Source: a bacterium | GTDB lineage: Bacteria; Patescibacteriota; Microgenomatia; Daviesbacterales; UBA10151 | Assembly: GCA_030647265.1 (NCBI GenBank) | Contig: JAUSJM010000029.1 | Coordinates: forward strand, 1-57,679 | Length of the DNA stretch: 57,679 nucleotides | Direction: 5' to 3' | Shown: positions 26,182 to 35,123 of the stretch, piece after piece | Numbering within the stretch: the stretch's first letter is position 1 | How the letters are laid out: every line of letters starts with the position of its first letter | The notes under the pieces: model-generated | The model's input: the letters and a program-made list of their open reading frames with translations, nothing else | Databases searched by the model: none | What the model was told of the DNA's origin: nothing | Position numbers and translations under genes: made by a program

Positions 26182-27330
26182 ATGTTAATTAAACCTGACG
26201 TTCAAAGATTTGCTAAGATCAAGGTAGTAGGTTTAGGTGGTGGCGGGTGTAATGCTTTATCCTCAATGATCTCCCTGCAGCAGATTCAAGGTGTGGAATT
26301 TGTGGCTATTAATACCGATGCCCAAGCCCTTTTAGCAAACCAGTCTCCTACCAAAGTACAAATCGGTGAAGCTTTAACTCGGGGATTAGGATCAGGCGGA
26401 CAACCGGAGATTGGCCGCCAGGCAGCAGAAGAATCAACTCAAAAGATAGAAGATGTTATCCAAGATGCGGACATGGTTTTTCTAACAGCCGGTATGGGAG
26501 GAGGGACAGGTACGGGAGCTATTGCCATAGCAGCCGCCATCTCTAAAAAGGTAGGAGCGCTGACAGTGGCAGTTGTAACAAAGCCTTTTAACTTTGAAGG
26601 CACCAGGAGGATGATCGTAGCAGAAGACGGTATTGAGGAGTTAAAAGACAAGGTTGATGCTTTAATTGTTATCCCCAACCAAAGGCTTTTGGAAGTAGTG
26701 GATAAAAATATGACCTTAAATGAAGCTTTCAGACTGGCCGATTCTGTTTTAGGACAAGGAGTGCAGGGAATTTCCGATCTTATCGTGATGCCGGGTCTGA
26801 TCAATGTTGACTTTGCTGATGTTCGGTCCATCATGTCCAATGCCGGTTCCGCTCTGATGGGTATCGGCAAGGCAGGAGGAGAGAATAGGGCTGAGGCAGC
26901 TGCCAGGATGGCCATTGCTTCACCCCTTTTGGAAGTTTCCATCGAGGGGGCAAAGGGTGTACTCTTTAATATTGTCGGTGGGCCGGATTTGACTATGGAT
27001 GAGGTGGACAAGGCTGCCAAGATCATTGCCGCTGCCGCCGATCCTGATGCCAACATTATCTTTGGAGCTACTATCAAGGAGGATCAGATAGACCAGTTGG
27101 TGATTTCAGTGATAGCTACCGGTTTTGATCAAACCAGAGCCAGACTAAGGGAGTTTGCTGGTTTAGGGATGAACCAGCCTGCTCCCATGGTTTTTGCTCA
27201 AGCTACTCAGCAGGCACAAGATGATTCTCAAGTACAAGCTACTGATGATGGGGAGGGAGTAAAAGAGGAAGAAGAGGATGATGATAACAGCAGACTAGAT
27301 ATTCCGGCGTTCCTGCGCCGCAACAACTAA
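26182..27330 (+). CDS. ftsZ: cell-division GTPase FtsZ
   Basis: GLGGGGCNA, the tubulin signature [15 protein letters not shown], and an acidic linker plus the C-terminal DIPAFLRR peptide. Confidence 0.97.
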   Translation: MLIKPDVQRFAKIKVVGLGGGGCNALSSMISLQQIQGVEFVAINTDAQALLANQSPTKVQIGEALTRGLGSGGQPEIGRQAAEESTQKIEDVIQDADMVFLTAGMGGGTGTGAIAIAAAISKKVGALTVAVVTKPFNFEGTRRMIVAEDGIEELKDKVDALIVIPNQRLLEVVDKNMTLNEAFRLADSVLGQGVQGISDLIVMPGLINVDFADVRSIMSNAGSALMGIGKAGGENRAEAAARMAIASPLLEVSIEGAKGVLFNIVGGPDLTMDEVDKAAKIIAAAADPDANIIFGATIKEDQIDQLVISVIATGFDQTRARLREFAGLGMNQPAPMVFAQATQQAQDDSQVQATDDGEGVKEEEEDDDNSRLDIPAFLRRNN

Positions 27331-27839
27331 CTACTTTTAGGTGGTTCTGAGATCAGGGCAATATTTTTGGGGCCCTGAAAGAGAAAAGTTACTCTTTGGT
27401 ATTTTATGCCATTTTCCTGATAAAATTCTTCTATCTTTTGAATTAAGGCATCTCTGCCTAAAGCCTCTTCTTTAGACCAAAAGTTACAGCAAGGGATTAA
27501 TATTACTGGCCTAATTTTGGCAGAATAGACTACTTCTTTTAAAGCTTCATCAGGGTGGATACCAACAATGAGATCATAATAATCTGCCATCTCTGCTTGA
27601 TATTCTTCAGCTCTATTGGGAACTCCTACTAGGGTAAAACTTCTGGGATCAACTACTTCACATTCAAAGTTATACTTTTTATTTAAGATCCTACAAAGCA
27701 TTCCTTGGCCTCCTGCCACATCAGCAATCCTGGTAATTTTTCCATGGTAATTTTGGGAGATATATTCTGCCACCACATCAAATCTTGCAGGATCTCCATG
27801 GAATTTATGTCTGCCAATTTTCCCTGCCTTTGTACTCAT
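27327..27839 (-). CDS. small class I SAM-dependent methyltransferase-like protein
   Basis: Motif I is [11 protein letters not shown] and the acidic motif II is EVVD. It also carries [11 protein letters not shown] and ILIPCCNFW. From memory, this arrangement resembles Trm44-type 2'-O-methyltransferases. ATGA overlap with the upstream kinase gene. Confidence 0.5.
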   Translation of the reverse strand: MSTKAGKIGRHKFHGDPARFDVVAEYISQNYHGKITRIADVAGGQGMLCRILNKKYNFECEVVDPRSFTLVGVPNRAEEYQAEMADYYDLIVGIHPDEALKEVVYSAKIRPVILIPCCNFWSKEEALGRDALIQKIEEFYQENGIKYQRVTFLFQGPKNIALISEPPKSS

Positions 27840-28357
27840 ATATTTTCTTTAATCCATTCTTCCAAATTCATCTCCTGGTTATAAAGTATGGGGTTTTCAT
27901 TAGTAGCCGGCTCCTCCCACATTTTCAAAGCACTGTTCATAGTTTCATCCTCCAGGTGTCCTCTTTCTTTAGTCTGCTGGTTTTCCGATCTCCTCCTTTT
28001 GATTTCTTCTAGAGGGGTATTAATGTAAATTAATTTGTAATCAACCCCTAAACTTTGAGCTATATCTCTGGCTGTTTGTCTCTCACTCTTTTTTAAATTA
28101 CCTATATCTAAGATTATAGAAGAGCTTTCTCTCAGAAACTCCTTTAATCTTTCATAGCCTTCTGAGTAAACTTCATTCCAATCTTCCTGAGTCATAGTAA
28201 CTGGGTCATAGCCTTTTTCACCCATAACATTGTCCATAGAGACTACTTTAAACCCAAAACGTTTCACCAACTCACGAGTTAAAGTTGTTTTCCCTGAATA
28301 TGGGAGGCCACATAAGATATAGAGTACAGGTTTAGCCATAAGATGATTATACCCCAA
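27836..28357 (-). CDS. P-loop kinase (AAA_33 / polynucleotide-kinase- or zeta-toxin-like)
   Basis: Walker A CGLPYSGKTT, a Walker-B-like IILDIGN, and an Arg-rich lid KRRRSENQQTKER. Confidence 0.65.
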   Translation of the reverse strand: MGYNHLMAKPVLYILCGLPYSGKTTLTRELVKRFGFKVVSMDNVMGEKGYDPVTMTQEDWNEVYSEGYERLKEFLRESSSIILDIGNLKKSERQTARDIAQSLGVDYKLIYINTPLEEIKRRRSENQQTKERGHLEDETMNSALKMWEEPATNENPILYNQEMNLEEWIKENI

Positions 28358-28369
28358 GTTTGATAGGAC

Positions 28370-28561
28370 TTAATTTTGGGAAATAGGGAAAAGATTTCTG
28401 TCAGCACCTGAATCCAAAAGGGCATCAATAATGCGGCTTTGATTACCGTGTCCGGTTGATAATCTGATAGGAATATAAGGAGTAAACACCTCGCCTATTT
28501 GCAAATTTGTACTTAGGTCAATTACTGGCCTAGGAAAATATGAAAAACCTATCTTTGCCAT
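28370..28561 (-). pseudogene. retropepsin-like aspartic protease, N-terminal fragment only
   Basis: The ALLDSGADRNLF (DSGA) active-site motif is followed by a stop 9 codons later. Intact single-domain retropepsin-like proteins continue for about 70-90 more residues. Confidence 0.4.
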
Positions 28562-28743
28562 TATGGAGAATAATAACCGTTTACTGGCAGAACATGATGG
28601 AATATAAGGTCTTTATTTTTTGATAACTTACTTACCTTTTTGTCCAGTGATTTAATGTCCGGTGCAGAAGCCATAACCTTTTTCCTATCAGGAGTTAAGG
28701 CAACCCATTTATTTGTATACTTGATTAGTATTTTACTACTCAT
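28561..28743 (-). CDS. DUF5678-like small protein
   Basis: KYTNKWVALTPDRKKVMASAPDIKSLDKKV matches my recollection of the DUF5678 pattern (k.kGkWVAl..d.kvva.g.d...l). It shares one nucleotide with the downstream ORF. Confidence 0.45.
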   Translation of the reverse strand: MSSKILIKYTNKWVALTPDRKKVMASAPDIKSLDKKVSKLSKNKDLIFHHVLPVNGYYSP

Positions 28744-28989
28744 AAGTTCTATTATACTCCTTAAATCAATAGATAAGTAAATATCCAGTAAGGAAGTAAT
28801 AAGGAATTACTTTCAGAGACATCGAGAATCGAGACAAGTTGGTGGTTTAAATCTTTCAATTTTTGTTTACCAAAGAATTGGTTGAATGTTATGCGGGTGC
28901 CTTAGATGTGTCAAGCTTAACTTTTACTTTCTTATCTAACCTCGGGGGTTAGATGTTTGGTTCTCCAGCTGGTTTCAAGAGAAGTTTTT

Positions 28990-28998
28990 TGCTAGAAT
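28990..28998 (+). promoter_or_regulatory. extended -10 (TGcTAGAAT) 9 nt upstream of the ileS ATG
   Basis: TGCTAGAAT lies at 28990-28998 and the ATG at 29008, leaving a predicted leader of about 2-3 nt. Confidence 0.35.
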
Positions 28999-29007
28999 TA
29001 CTCCAAG

Positions 29008-31938
29008 ATGTCTAGATTTAAGGCTGTCTCGTCACAAGTTGATTTTCCAGCCTTAGAAGATGAAGTTTCTAAGTTTTGGAAAGATAACAAGGTTTTTGAG
29101 AAATCTGTGGAACAGAGAAGTCCTGATAACTTATATACCTTTGTTGATGGTCCTCCTTTTGTCAGTGGCCTCCCTCATTACGGCCATCTTCTGACCTCTA
29201 TTGCCAAAGATATGATCCCCAGGTATCAAACTATGCTTGGCAAAAGGGTAAGGAGAGTTTTTGGTTGGGATTGTCACGGCCTTCCTATAGAAGAGAAAGT
29301 GAGTAAACTTTTGGCTGTAAAAGATAATATTGATTTAGAAAAAAGGATAGGTATTGAAAAATATGTTCAGGAGTGTCGCAAGTACGTCCAGAATTGTACT
29401 GATGAATGGCGCTGGTATGTGGAGAAGGTGGGAAGATGGGTAGATATGGATCATGCTTACTACACCATGGATTTACCTTTCATGGAGTCCGTCATCTGGG
29501 GTTTTAAGAAAATCTATGAGAAAGGACTTATTTATAAAGGAAAGAGAGTCTCTCTTTTTTCAACTGATACATCCACTCCGGTTTCCAATTTTGAAGTAGC
29601 GATGGATCCAGACAACTACCGTGATGTAGAAGACCTAAGCATTTTTGTGAAATTTGAGATTGAAAAATCTCCTGGGTTTTTAAAAATAAAAGAAGTAGAA
29701 AGTAAGCCTGTTTATTTGGTAGCCTGGACCACCACACCTTGGACAATTCCTGCCAATTTTGCTTTAGCTGTTCATCCAAAACTAAAATATGTTTTGGTAG
29801 AGTATGACAGCGAGTACTTTATTGTTGTAAAAAGCCGCCTCCGTTATACATTTGCTAAACCTACTAAGGAAGTAGGTAGAGGTAAAGAGAAAGAAGTTAG
29901 TGTTCTTAAAGAGTTCGAAGGAAAGAAGCTGAACGGAGTTATATATAAGCCAGTTTATGATTTCTTTGTAGATCAGAAAGCAACCAATGATTTTAAGGTC
30001 TATTTATCAGAGGATGTAACAACTGACGAAGGTACAGGCGTGATCCATATCGCTCCGGCTTTTGGTGAAGTCGACTTTCAACTTGGCCAAAAATATCATT
30101 TAAGCGGTCTTTCTGATATTGATAACGAAGGTATAATGGCAATTGGACCATGGAAGGGGGTTTATTTAAGAGATGCATCACCTTTAATTGCTGAAGATTT
30201 AGTAGAGAAGGGAAACTTGCTTCGTTCAGAAACATATTGTCATCGCCTGCCTTTTTACAGAGGGGAGAATCCGCTAATTTACATGGCTCAAGATGCCTAC
30301 TTTATTAATATTCAGGCTATTAAGAAGAGAATGTTGGAGCTAAATGAGAAGATTAGTTGGATTCCAGCTCACTTAAAACATGGCAGATTTGGCCAGACTT
30401 TGGAAACTTCTCCTGATTGGTGTATTTCTCGTAACCGCTATTGGGCAACGATTATGCCTTTATGGAAAAGTGAATATGGGGAGGAAATTGTGATGGGGAG
30501 TATTGAGGAGATGATGCAATATACAGATCAAATAACAAAAAGAATGGTAGAGGGGAAAGAAAAGTATTTCTTTGGTATGGAGCCCATGGATTTACACCGC
30601 GATATTTGTGACAAAATAGTTTTTACCAAAGATGGGAAACAGTACAGAAGAGTACCTGAGGTTTTAGATTGCTGGATGGATTCTGGTTCGGTGCCTTTTG
30701 CCGAATATCATTATCCATTTGAGAATAAGGAAATTTATGAAAGATCCCGTCCTGCAGATTTTATTATTGAGTATACTCCTCAAGTACGAGCTTGGTTTAA
30801 TGTCCTACTTAGAGTTGCAACCATTTTATTTGACGACACAGCCTTTTTGAATGCTGTATCCCATGGAACAATTGCTGGCACTGATGGGAGGAAGATGAGT
30901 AAATCGTTTGGTAATTACCCTGATCCAAAATTAGTGCTGGAAAAATATGGGGCCGACGCTTTAAGGGTCTATTTTATGGGTTCTCCTATTATGAAGGGCG
31001 GAGATATGAATTTCTCGGAAGAGGGGGTAGCGGAAAATTATAAATTCTTGCTTGTTTTTTGGAACACTTATAAATTTTTCACCGATTATGCACTTTTAAA
31101 TGAATGGAACCCAACTGAGGTTGTAAGGAGAGACGAATTAAGTATATTAGATAAGTGGGTACTTGCTAGATTGAATCAACTAATCATTGACCTTCATAAG
31201 GCTTTTGGCGCATATGATGTGATTTCAGTGACAAATGCCCTTAAAAAGTTTACTTTAGAAGATCTCTCTACTTGGTATATTCGTCGTTCCCGAAATAGAG
31301 TTGATCCATGGGTGGACCAGAAAGCGAGGGAAGTGACGTTATCAATCATGCATGAGGTATTATTAACTCTGGTGAAGCTTGCGGCTCCACTTGTTCCGTT
31401 TATCACGGAAGAGATGTATCGTAATTTAACTGGAGAAGAATCTGTTCATCTCTCTGACTACCCTCAAGCCGACAAAACCCTTATAGATAAAAAACTGATC
31501 GAGGATATGGTAAAGGTGAGGAGGTTGGCAGAGCTTGGACACAGTCAGAGGAAAGAAGCAGGGATTAAACTCCGTCAGCCGCTACAGAAGTTTACTTATT
31601 CCTTGTCTGAATCTTTAAGCAAAGAGTTGGAGCAGATTTTAGCGGAAGAGTTGAATATCAAAGAGATTGAGTATCAAAAGTCCTCAAAGGATATAGTATC
31701 AGGAAAAATGGATATAAAAGTTACTCCCCAGCTTCAAGAAGAAGGAAATACCAGAGAACTTATTCGCCAAGTACAGCAGCTTCGAAAAGAAGCAAGATTA
31801 ACTTTGAAGGACCGAATTAATATTTTTCTTCCTGAAACACCCAAGAGGAAAGATCTACTTGAAATGCTACTTCAGCAAACCAATACTGATAGTATAAGCT
31901 TCGGAGAGAAACTGGAAATAAAAGTTATCTCAGCATGA
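29008..31938 (+). CDS. ileS: isoleucine--tRNA ligase, type 2 (eukaryote-like)
   Basis: FVDGPPFVSGLPHYGH (HIGH region of the PPFATGLPHYGH type), WCISRNRYWAT, and KMSKS (GRKMSKSFGN). There is no C-terminal Cys cluster. Confidence 0.95.
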   Translation: MSRFKAVSSQVDFPALEDEVSKFWKDNKVFEKSVEQRSPDNLYTFVDGPPFVSGLPHYGHLLTSIAKDMIPRYQTMLGKRVRRVFGWDCHGLPIEEKVSKLLAVKDNIDLEKRIGIEKYVQECRKYVQNCTDEWRWYVEKVGRWVDMDHAYYTMDLPFMESVIWGFKKIYEKGLIYKGKRVSLFSTDTSTPVSNFEVAMDPDNYRDVEDLSIFVKFEIEKSPGFLKIKEVESKPVYLVAWTTTPWTIPANFALAVHPKLKYVLVEYDSEYFIVVKSRLRYTFAKPTKEVGRGKEKEVSVLKEFEGKKLNGVIYKPVYDFFVDQKATNDFKVYLSEDVTTDEGTGVIHIAPAFGEVDFQLGQKYHLSGLSDIDNEGIMAIGPWKGVYLRDASPLIAEDLVEKGNLLRSETYCHRLPFYRGENPLIYMAQDAYFINIQAIKKRMLELNEKISWIPAHLKHGRFGQTLETSPDWCISRNRYWATIMPLWKSEYGEEIVMGSIEEMMQYTDQITKRMVEGKEKYFFGMEPMDLHRDICDKIVFTKDGKQYRRVPEVLDCWMDSGSVPFAEYHYPFENKEIYERSRPADFIIEYTPQVRAWFNVLLRVATILFDDTAFLNAVSHGTIAGTDGRKMSKSFGNYPDPKLVLEKYGADALRVYFMGSPIMKGGDMNFSEEGVAENYKFLLVFWNTYKFFTDYALLNEWNPTEVVRRDELSILDKWVLARLNQLIIDLHKAFGAYDVISVTNALKKFTLEDLSTWYIRRSRNRVDPWVDQKAREVTLSIMHEVLLTLVKLAAPLVPFITEEMYRNLTGEESVHLSDYPQADKTLIDKKLIEDMVKVRRLAELGHSQRKEAGIKLRQPLQKFTYSLSESLSKELEQILAEELNIKEIEYQKSSKDIVSGKMDIKVTPQLQEEGNTRELIRQVQQLRKEARLTLKDRINIFLPETPKRKDLLEMLLQQTNTDSISFGEKLEIKVISA

Positions 31939-33005
31939 GTAAAACAAGTTTTCTGCCTGACCTTCTCATCACTGTTCCGGTAATACTCTTACTCTCCCTG
32001 GGAATTTTGGTTATTTATTCCTCAGATCCCAAGCTGGCTTTTCAGCAGGCGCTTTATGCTTTAGTAGGCCTGGGAGTTTATGGCTTTTTAGCCCAGATAG
32101 ATGTGGAAAATTTTAGTCCGTCAATAAAGTATCTGTATGGGGCTGTTTTGGTCCTGCTGATAATAGTTTTTTTACTGGGAGTGGAAACCAGGGGGTCTCT
32201 GAGGTGGATTCCTCTGGGGGTTTTTCAACTTCAGCCCTCGGAGTTTGCCAAGCCGGTATTGATTCTTCTTTTGTCCTACTTTTGGTCCCGGAATTTACCG
32301 ACCTGGAAAAATATTGGCAAAAGTTTTTTGCTGATATTACCCGTGCTGCTTCTTGTCTTTAAGCAGCCCGATCTTGGTACCACCCTTACTTTGGCAGCCA
32401 TTTGGCTGATAATTTTGGTGGGCTCTAACGTTTCTTTGTTTAAAATATTAGCCCTGAGCGGATTTTCCTTAATTGCTGGGCCTTTGGGCTGGGTTTTTCT
32501 TAAGGATTACCAAAAATCAAGAATTTTAAGCTTTCTTTCCCCGGAAAAGGATCCTTTAGGTATCGGATATAACGTTATTCAAGCTACCATTGCCGTCGGA
32601 TCGGGGGAATTTTTAGGCAGGGGGTTGGGAAGGGGTACCCAATCAAGGCTTCGCTTTTTGCCTGAGTTTAGAACTGATTTTATGTTTGCTTCCATTGCTG
32701 AGGAGTTTGGGTTGGTGGGATCAATGATAGTGCTGGTGCTGTGGGGGATAGTATTGGCCCGGGGTTTTCTGGTAGTGGGTAGATCAGTCAGCCGTATGGC
32801 GACGCTGACAGTTTTAGGGACTTTAGGGATGTTATTTTTCCAGATTACGGTCAATGTCGGGATGAATATCGGTTTGATGCCTATTACAGGAATTACCTTA
32901 CCACTTCTCTCCTATGGAGGAAGCTCAGTTATTGCTACCCTGATCTCTTTAAGTTTCATATCTTCAGCTGCCAGGTCGAGTAGAAGAAACTCACTCTTAG
33001 ATTGA
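31935..33005 (+). CDS. rodA: SEDS-family protein RodA-like (second FtsW/RodA paralog)
   Basis: QPSEFAKP, LPEFRTDFMFASIAEEFGLVGS and LPLLSYGGSS. It lies outside the dcw cluster and overlaps ileS by ATGA. Confidence 0.8.
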   Translation: MSKTSFLPDLLITVPVILLLSLGILVIYSSDPKLAFQQALYALVGLGVYGFLAQIDVENFSPSIKYLYGAVLVLLIIVFLLGVETRGSLRWIPLGVFQLQPSEFAKPVLILLLSYFWSRNLPTWKNIGKSFLLILPVLLLVFKQPDLGTTLTLAAIWLIILVGSNVSLFKILALSGFSLIAGPLGWVFLKDYQKSRILSFLSPEKDPLGIGYNVIQATIAVGSGEFLGRGLGRGTQSRLRFLPEFRTDFMFASIAEEFGLVGSMIVLVLWGIVLARGFLVVGRSVSRMATLTVLGTLGMLFFQITVNVGMNIGLMPITGITLPLLSYGGSSVIATLISLSFISSAARSSRRNSLLD

Positions 33006-33037
33006 CACTGGAGCTTGATCAAGGTAAAATTCCCTGT

Positions 33038-33343
33038 ATGCAATACGCGGTAGTACAAATTGGCTCAAGACAGTATTTGGCAAAGCCGGGAGAAGTTATC
33101 GAAGTTGATAAGTTATCAACTGAAGGAAAAACTCTTCTCGTAGATCAAGTTTTGCTCGTGGTTGACGGGGTAAAAGTCGAAGTGGGTAAACCCAATCTTT
33201 CAAAGAAGCTGACCTTTGAAGTGTTAGGAAATATTAAAAAACCTAAGGTCAGGGTGGCAACCTACAAAGCTAAATCAAACTTTAGGAAAGTTCATGGGCA
33301 AAAAAGGGAGATGACCCGGATCAGACTTGTGGAAACAAAGTAG
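33038..33343 (+). CDS. rplU: 50S ribosomal protein L21
   Basis: MQYAVVQIGSRQYLAKPGEVIEVDKL is the canonical L21 N-terminus. I prefer the ATG at 33038 over the TTG at 33002. Confidence 0.9.
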   Translation: MQYAVVQIGSRQYLAKPGEVIEVDKLSTEGKTLLVDQVLLVVDGVKVEVGKPNLSKKLTFEVLGNIKKPKVRVATYKAKSNFRKVHGQKREMTRIRLVETK

Positions 33344-33345
33344 TG

Positions 33346-33374
33346 TTGACATATATTTTCACAAGGAGTATGGT
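33346..33374 (+). promoter_or_regulatory. sigma70-type promoter with conserved spacer cassette (TTGACA-N6-TTCACAAGGAGTAT) upstream of rpmA
   Basis: TTGACA at 33346-33351, a 17-nt spacer, then TATGGT at 33369-33374. The spacer contains TTCACAAGGAG, which is identical to the giant-adhesin promoter. Confidence 0.45.
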
Positions 33375-33390
33375 GGGGTAAAATAAATCT

Positions 33391-33639
33391 ATGGCACATA
33401 CAAAAGCAGGCGGTTCAACTAAAACAAATAGGGACTCTGTTTCCAAGAGATTGGGAGTGAAACATTACGGCGGGGAAGTAGTGGAGTCGGGAAATATTAT
33501 TATCCGCCAGAAGGGAAACCACTTTTTCCCAGGTTCTGGTACCAAACAAGGTGATGATTTTACGATCTACGCCATAGCTTCCGGAAAGGTGGAATTTGCC
33601 AAGAAAAAAGGTCGCCGTCTAGTTGAAGTACATGGATAG
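33391..33639 (+). CDS. rpmA: 50S ribosomal protein L27
   Basis: MAHTKAGGSTKTNRDSVSKRLGVKHYGG..IIIRQKG is the canonical L27 sequence. Confidence 0.95.
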   Translation: MAHTKAGGSTKTNRDSVSKRLGVKHYGGEVVESGNIIIRQKGNHFFPGSGTKQGDDFTIYAIASGKVEFAKKKGRRLVEVHG

Positions 33640-34483
33640 TACCGATCAGATTTTTGAACTGGATATTAATCTTCTCGAACCAAATCCGCTGCAACCGCGT
33701 GGTTTAATCACCCCCGAATCTTTAGCCGAACTGGCGGATTCTATCAGGGAGCATGGTATCTTAGAGCCTCTGGTTATAGCTAAGACTCCAGCCGGATTTC
33801 AGATTATTGCCGGGGAAAGACGCTGGAGAGCATCAAAACTGGCAGGACTAGTGAAGGTGCCGGTAATCATCAGAGAGACCTCCCCTCAGGGCATGCTGGA
33901 AATGGCCATAGTCGAAAACGTCCAGCGTCAGGATTTAAACCCCTTGGAAAGAGCTCAGGCTTACAGGAGACTTATGGATGAGTTTAATCTGGCTAATGCG
34001 GAAATTGCCCAGAGGGTAGGAAAGAGCCCGGCTTATATCTCCAACACTATCAGGATACTTACTTTACCTGATGCCCTAAAAGATGCTCTGATGTCCGGTG
34101 CTACTACCGAAGGGCATGTTAGGGCTCTCGCAGCTCTGGAAGACCCCCATCTGATCATTGAGGCTTACAAAGAGGTGCTAAGGAAAACTTTATCGGTGCG
34201 GGGAACGGAAGAGCTGGTGAGGAAAATGCGTTCCCATCATGGGATTGTTTCCAGGAAGGCTGATAAAAGTGCCATGCATATTATTAATGAAGAGATAGAA
34301 CAGATTCAAAAAGGTATCTCTTCTACCCTTTCTTCCAAGGAAGAGCCGGCGGCAGTAAAATATGTCTTAACCGGGAACTATGCCAAGTTGGAGATAAGAT
34401 TGCCGGGAAATCCCAACGATACTTCGGAAAAAGTGCGCCGGGTTTATGAGGCTATCAACACTCTCTATAAAAGTCCCTACTAA
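33632..34483 (+). CDS. parB: ParB/Spo0J-family partition (or Noc-like) protein
   Basis: LLEPNPLQPRG, ILEPLVI, IIAGERRWRASKLAG (ParB box) and an HTH (NAEIAQRVGKSPAYISN). The ATG at 33632 overlaps the rpmA end by 8 nt. Confidence 0.85.
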   Translation: MDSTDQIFELDINLLEPNPLQPRGLITPESLAELADSIREHGILEPLVIAKTPAGFQIIAGERRWRASKLAGLVKVPVIIRETSPQGMLEMAIVENVQRQDLNPLERAQAYRRLMDEFNLANAEIAQRVGKSPAYISNTIRILTLPDALKDALMSGATTEGHVRALAALEDPHLIIEAYKEVLRKTLSVRGTEELVRKMRSHHGIVSRKADKSAMHIINEEIEQIQKGISSTLSSKEEPAAVKYVLTGNYAKLEIRLPGNPNDTSEKVRRVYEAINTLYKSPY

Positions 34484-34505
34484 CCTTATTTAATCACTCT
34501 TAGCT

Positions 34506-35096
34506 TTAGTCCGTGCTAAAATCAATGCCGATGAAGGTAAACTTTTGAGGCGGCCAATACCTGAGCCAGGCTTGACCGACCAATAAACTTTTATTAACCG
34601 GTCCCCATTCCCGGGAGTCGGAACTTCCCCCCCGGTTGTCTCCCATCACTAAATATTGATTTTCCGGAATAACGACCTCTTCTTCCTCCCGTAAAAACAT
34701 TCCCCCCTGGGTTGTGGTCCCGGGGTGAAGATAGGGCTCTTTTAGCTGTCGTCCGTTGATAAAAACATGACCATTTTGAATTTTGATGTGTTCCAATGGT
34801 AAACCGATAATTCTTTTAATAAAGACCTGGTCTAGGTTACGGGGATTTTGTAAAATAACCACTTCTCCCCGCTGGAACTGACCCAATCTTAAGGCTAGTT
34901 TGTTGGTAATAAGGTAGTCGCCATCATGGAAAGTAGGATACATAGAGCTTCCGGAAACTTTATGAGGTTCAGCTACAAAGAAACGGATGATCGCCAAAAT
35001 AGCGATAACGATGGCAATAAATTCAATGAATTCTATTAGGCCATCTTTTAATTTAGACCAGCCGGTTCTTTCCTCTGGGATATATGCCGGTTCCAT
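34506..35096 (-). CDS. lepB: signal peptidase I
   Basis: S26 motifs VSGSSMYPTF, KRIIGLP and GDNRGGSSDSREWG, with an N-terminal TM helix. Confidence 0.9.
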   Translation of the reverse strand: MEPAYIPEERTGWSKLKDGLIEFIEFIAIVIAILAIIRFFVAEPHKVSGSSMYPTFHDGDYLITNKLALRLGQFQRGEVVILQNPRNLDQVFIKRIIGLPLEHIKIQNGHVFINGRQLKEPYLHPGTTTQGGMFLREEEEVVIPENQYLVMGDNRGGSSDSREWGPVNKSLLVGQAWLRYWPPQKFTFIGIDFSTD

Positions 35097-35123
35097 AACA
35101 ACTCATTATCTCAGATTTTCAGC

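Noticed and set aside
26439-27077. 212-aa ORF antisense to ftsZ
   Set aside because: It lies entirely within the highly conserved ftsZ coding region on the opposite strand. Its Ala/Ser/Pro-rich low-complexity translation is typical of a shadow ORF in a GC-richer gene, and it has no start context.
28744-29007. T-box riboswitch leader upstream of ileS
   Set aside because: Only a GGTGGT fragment (aagttGGTGGTttaaa) is present. There is no AGGGTGGTACCGCG-like T-box core, no specifier-loop architecture and no terminator/antiterminator pair before the ATG. The predicted -10 lies only 9 nt from the start codon.
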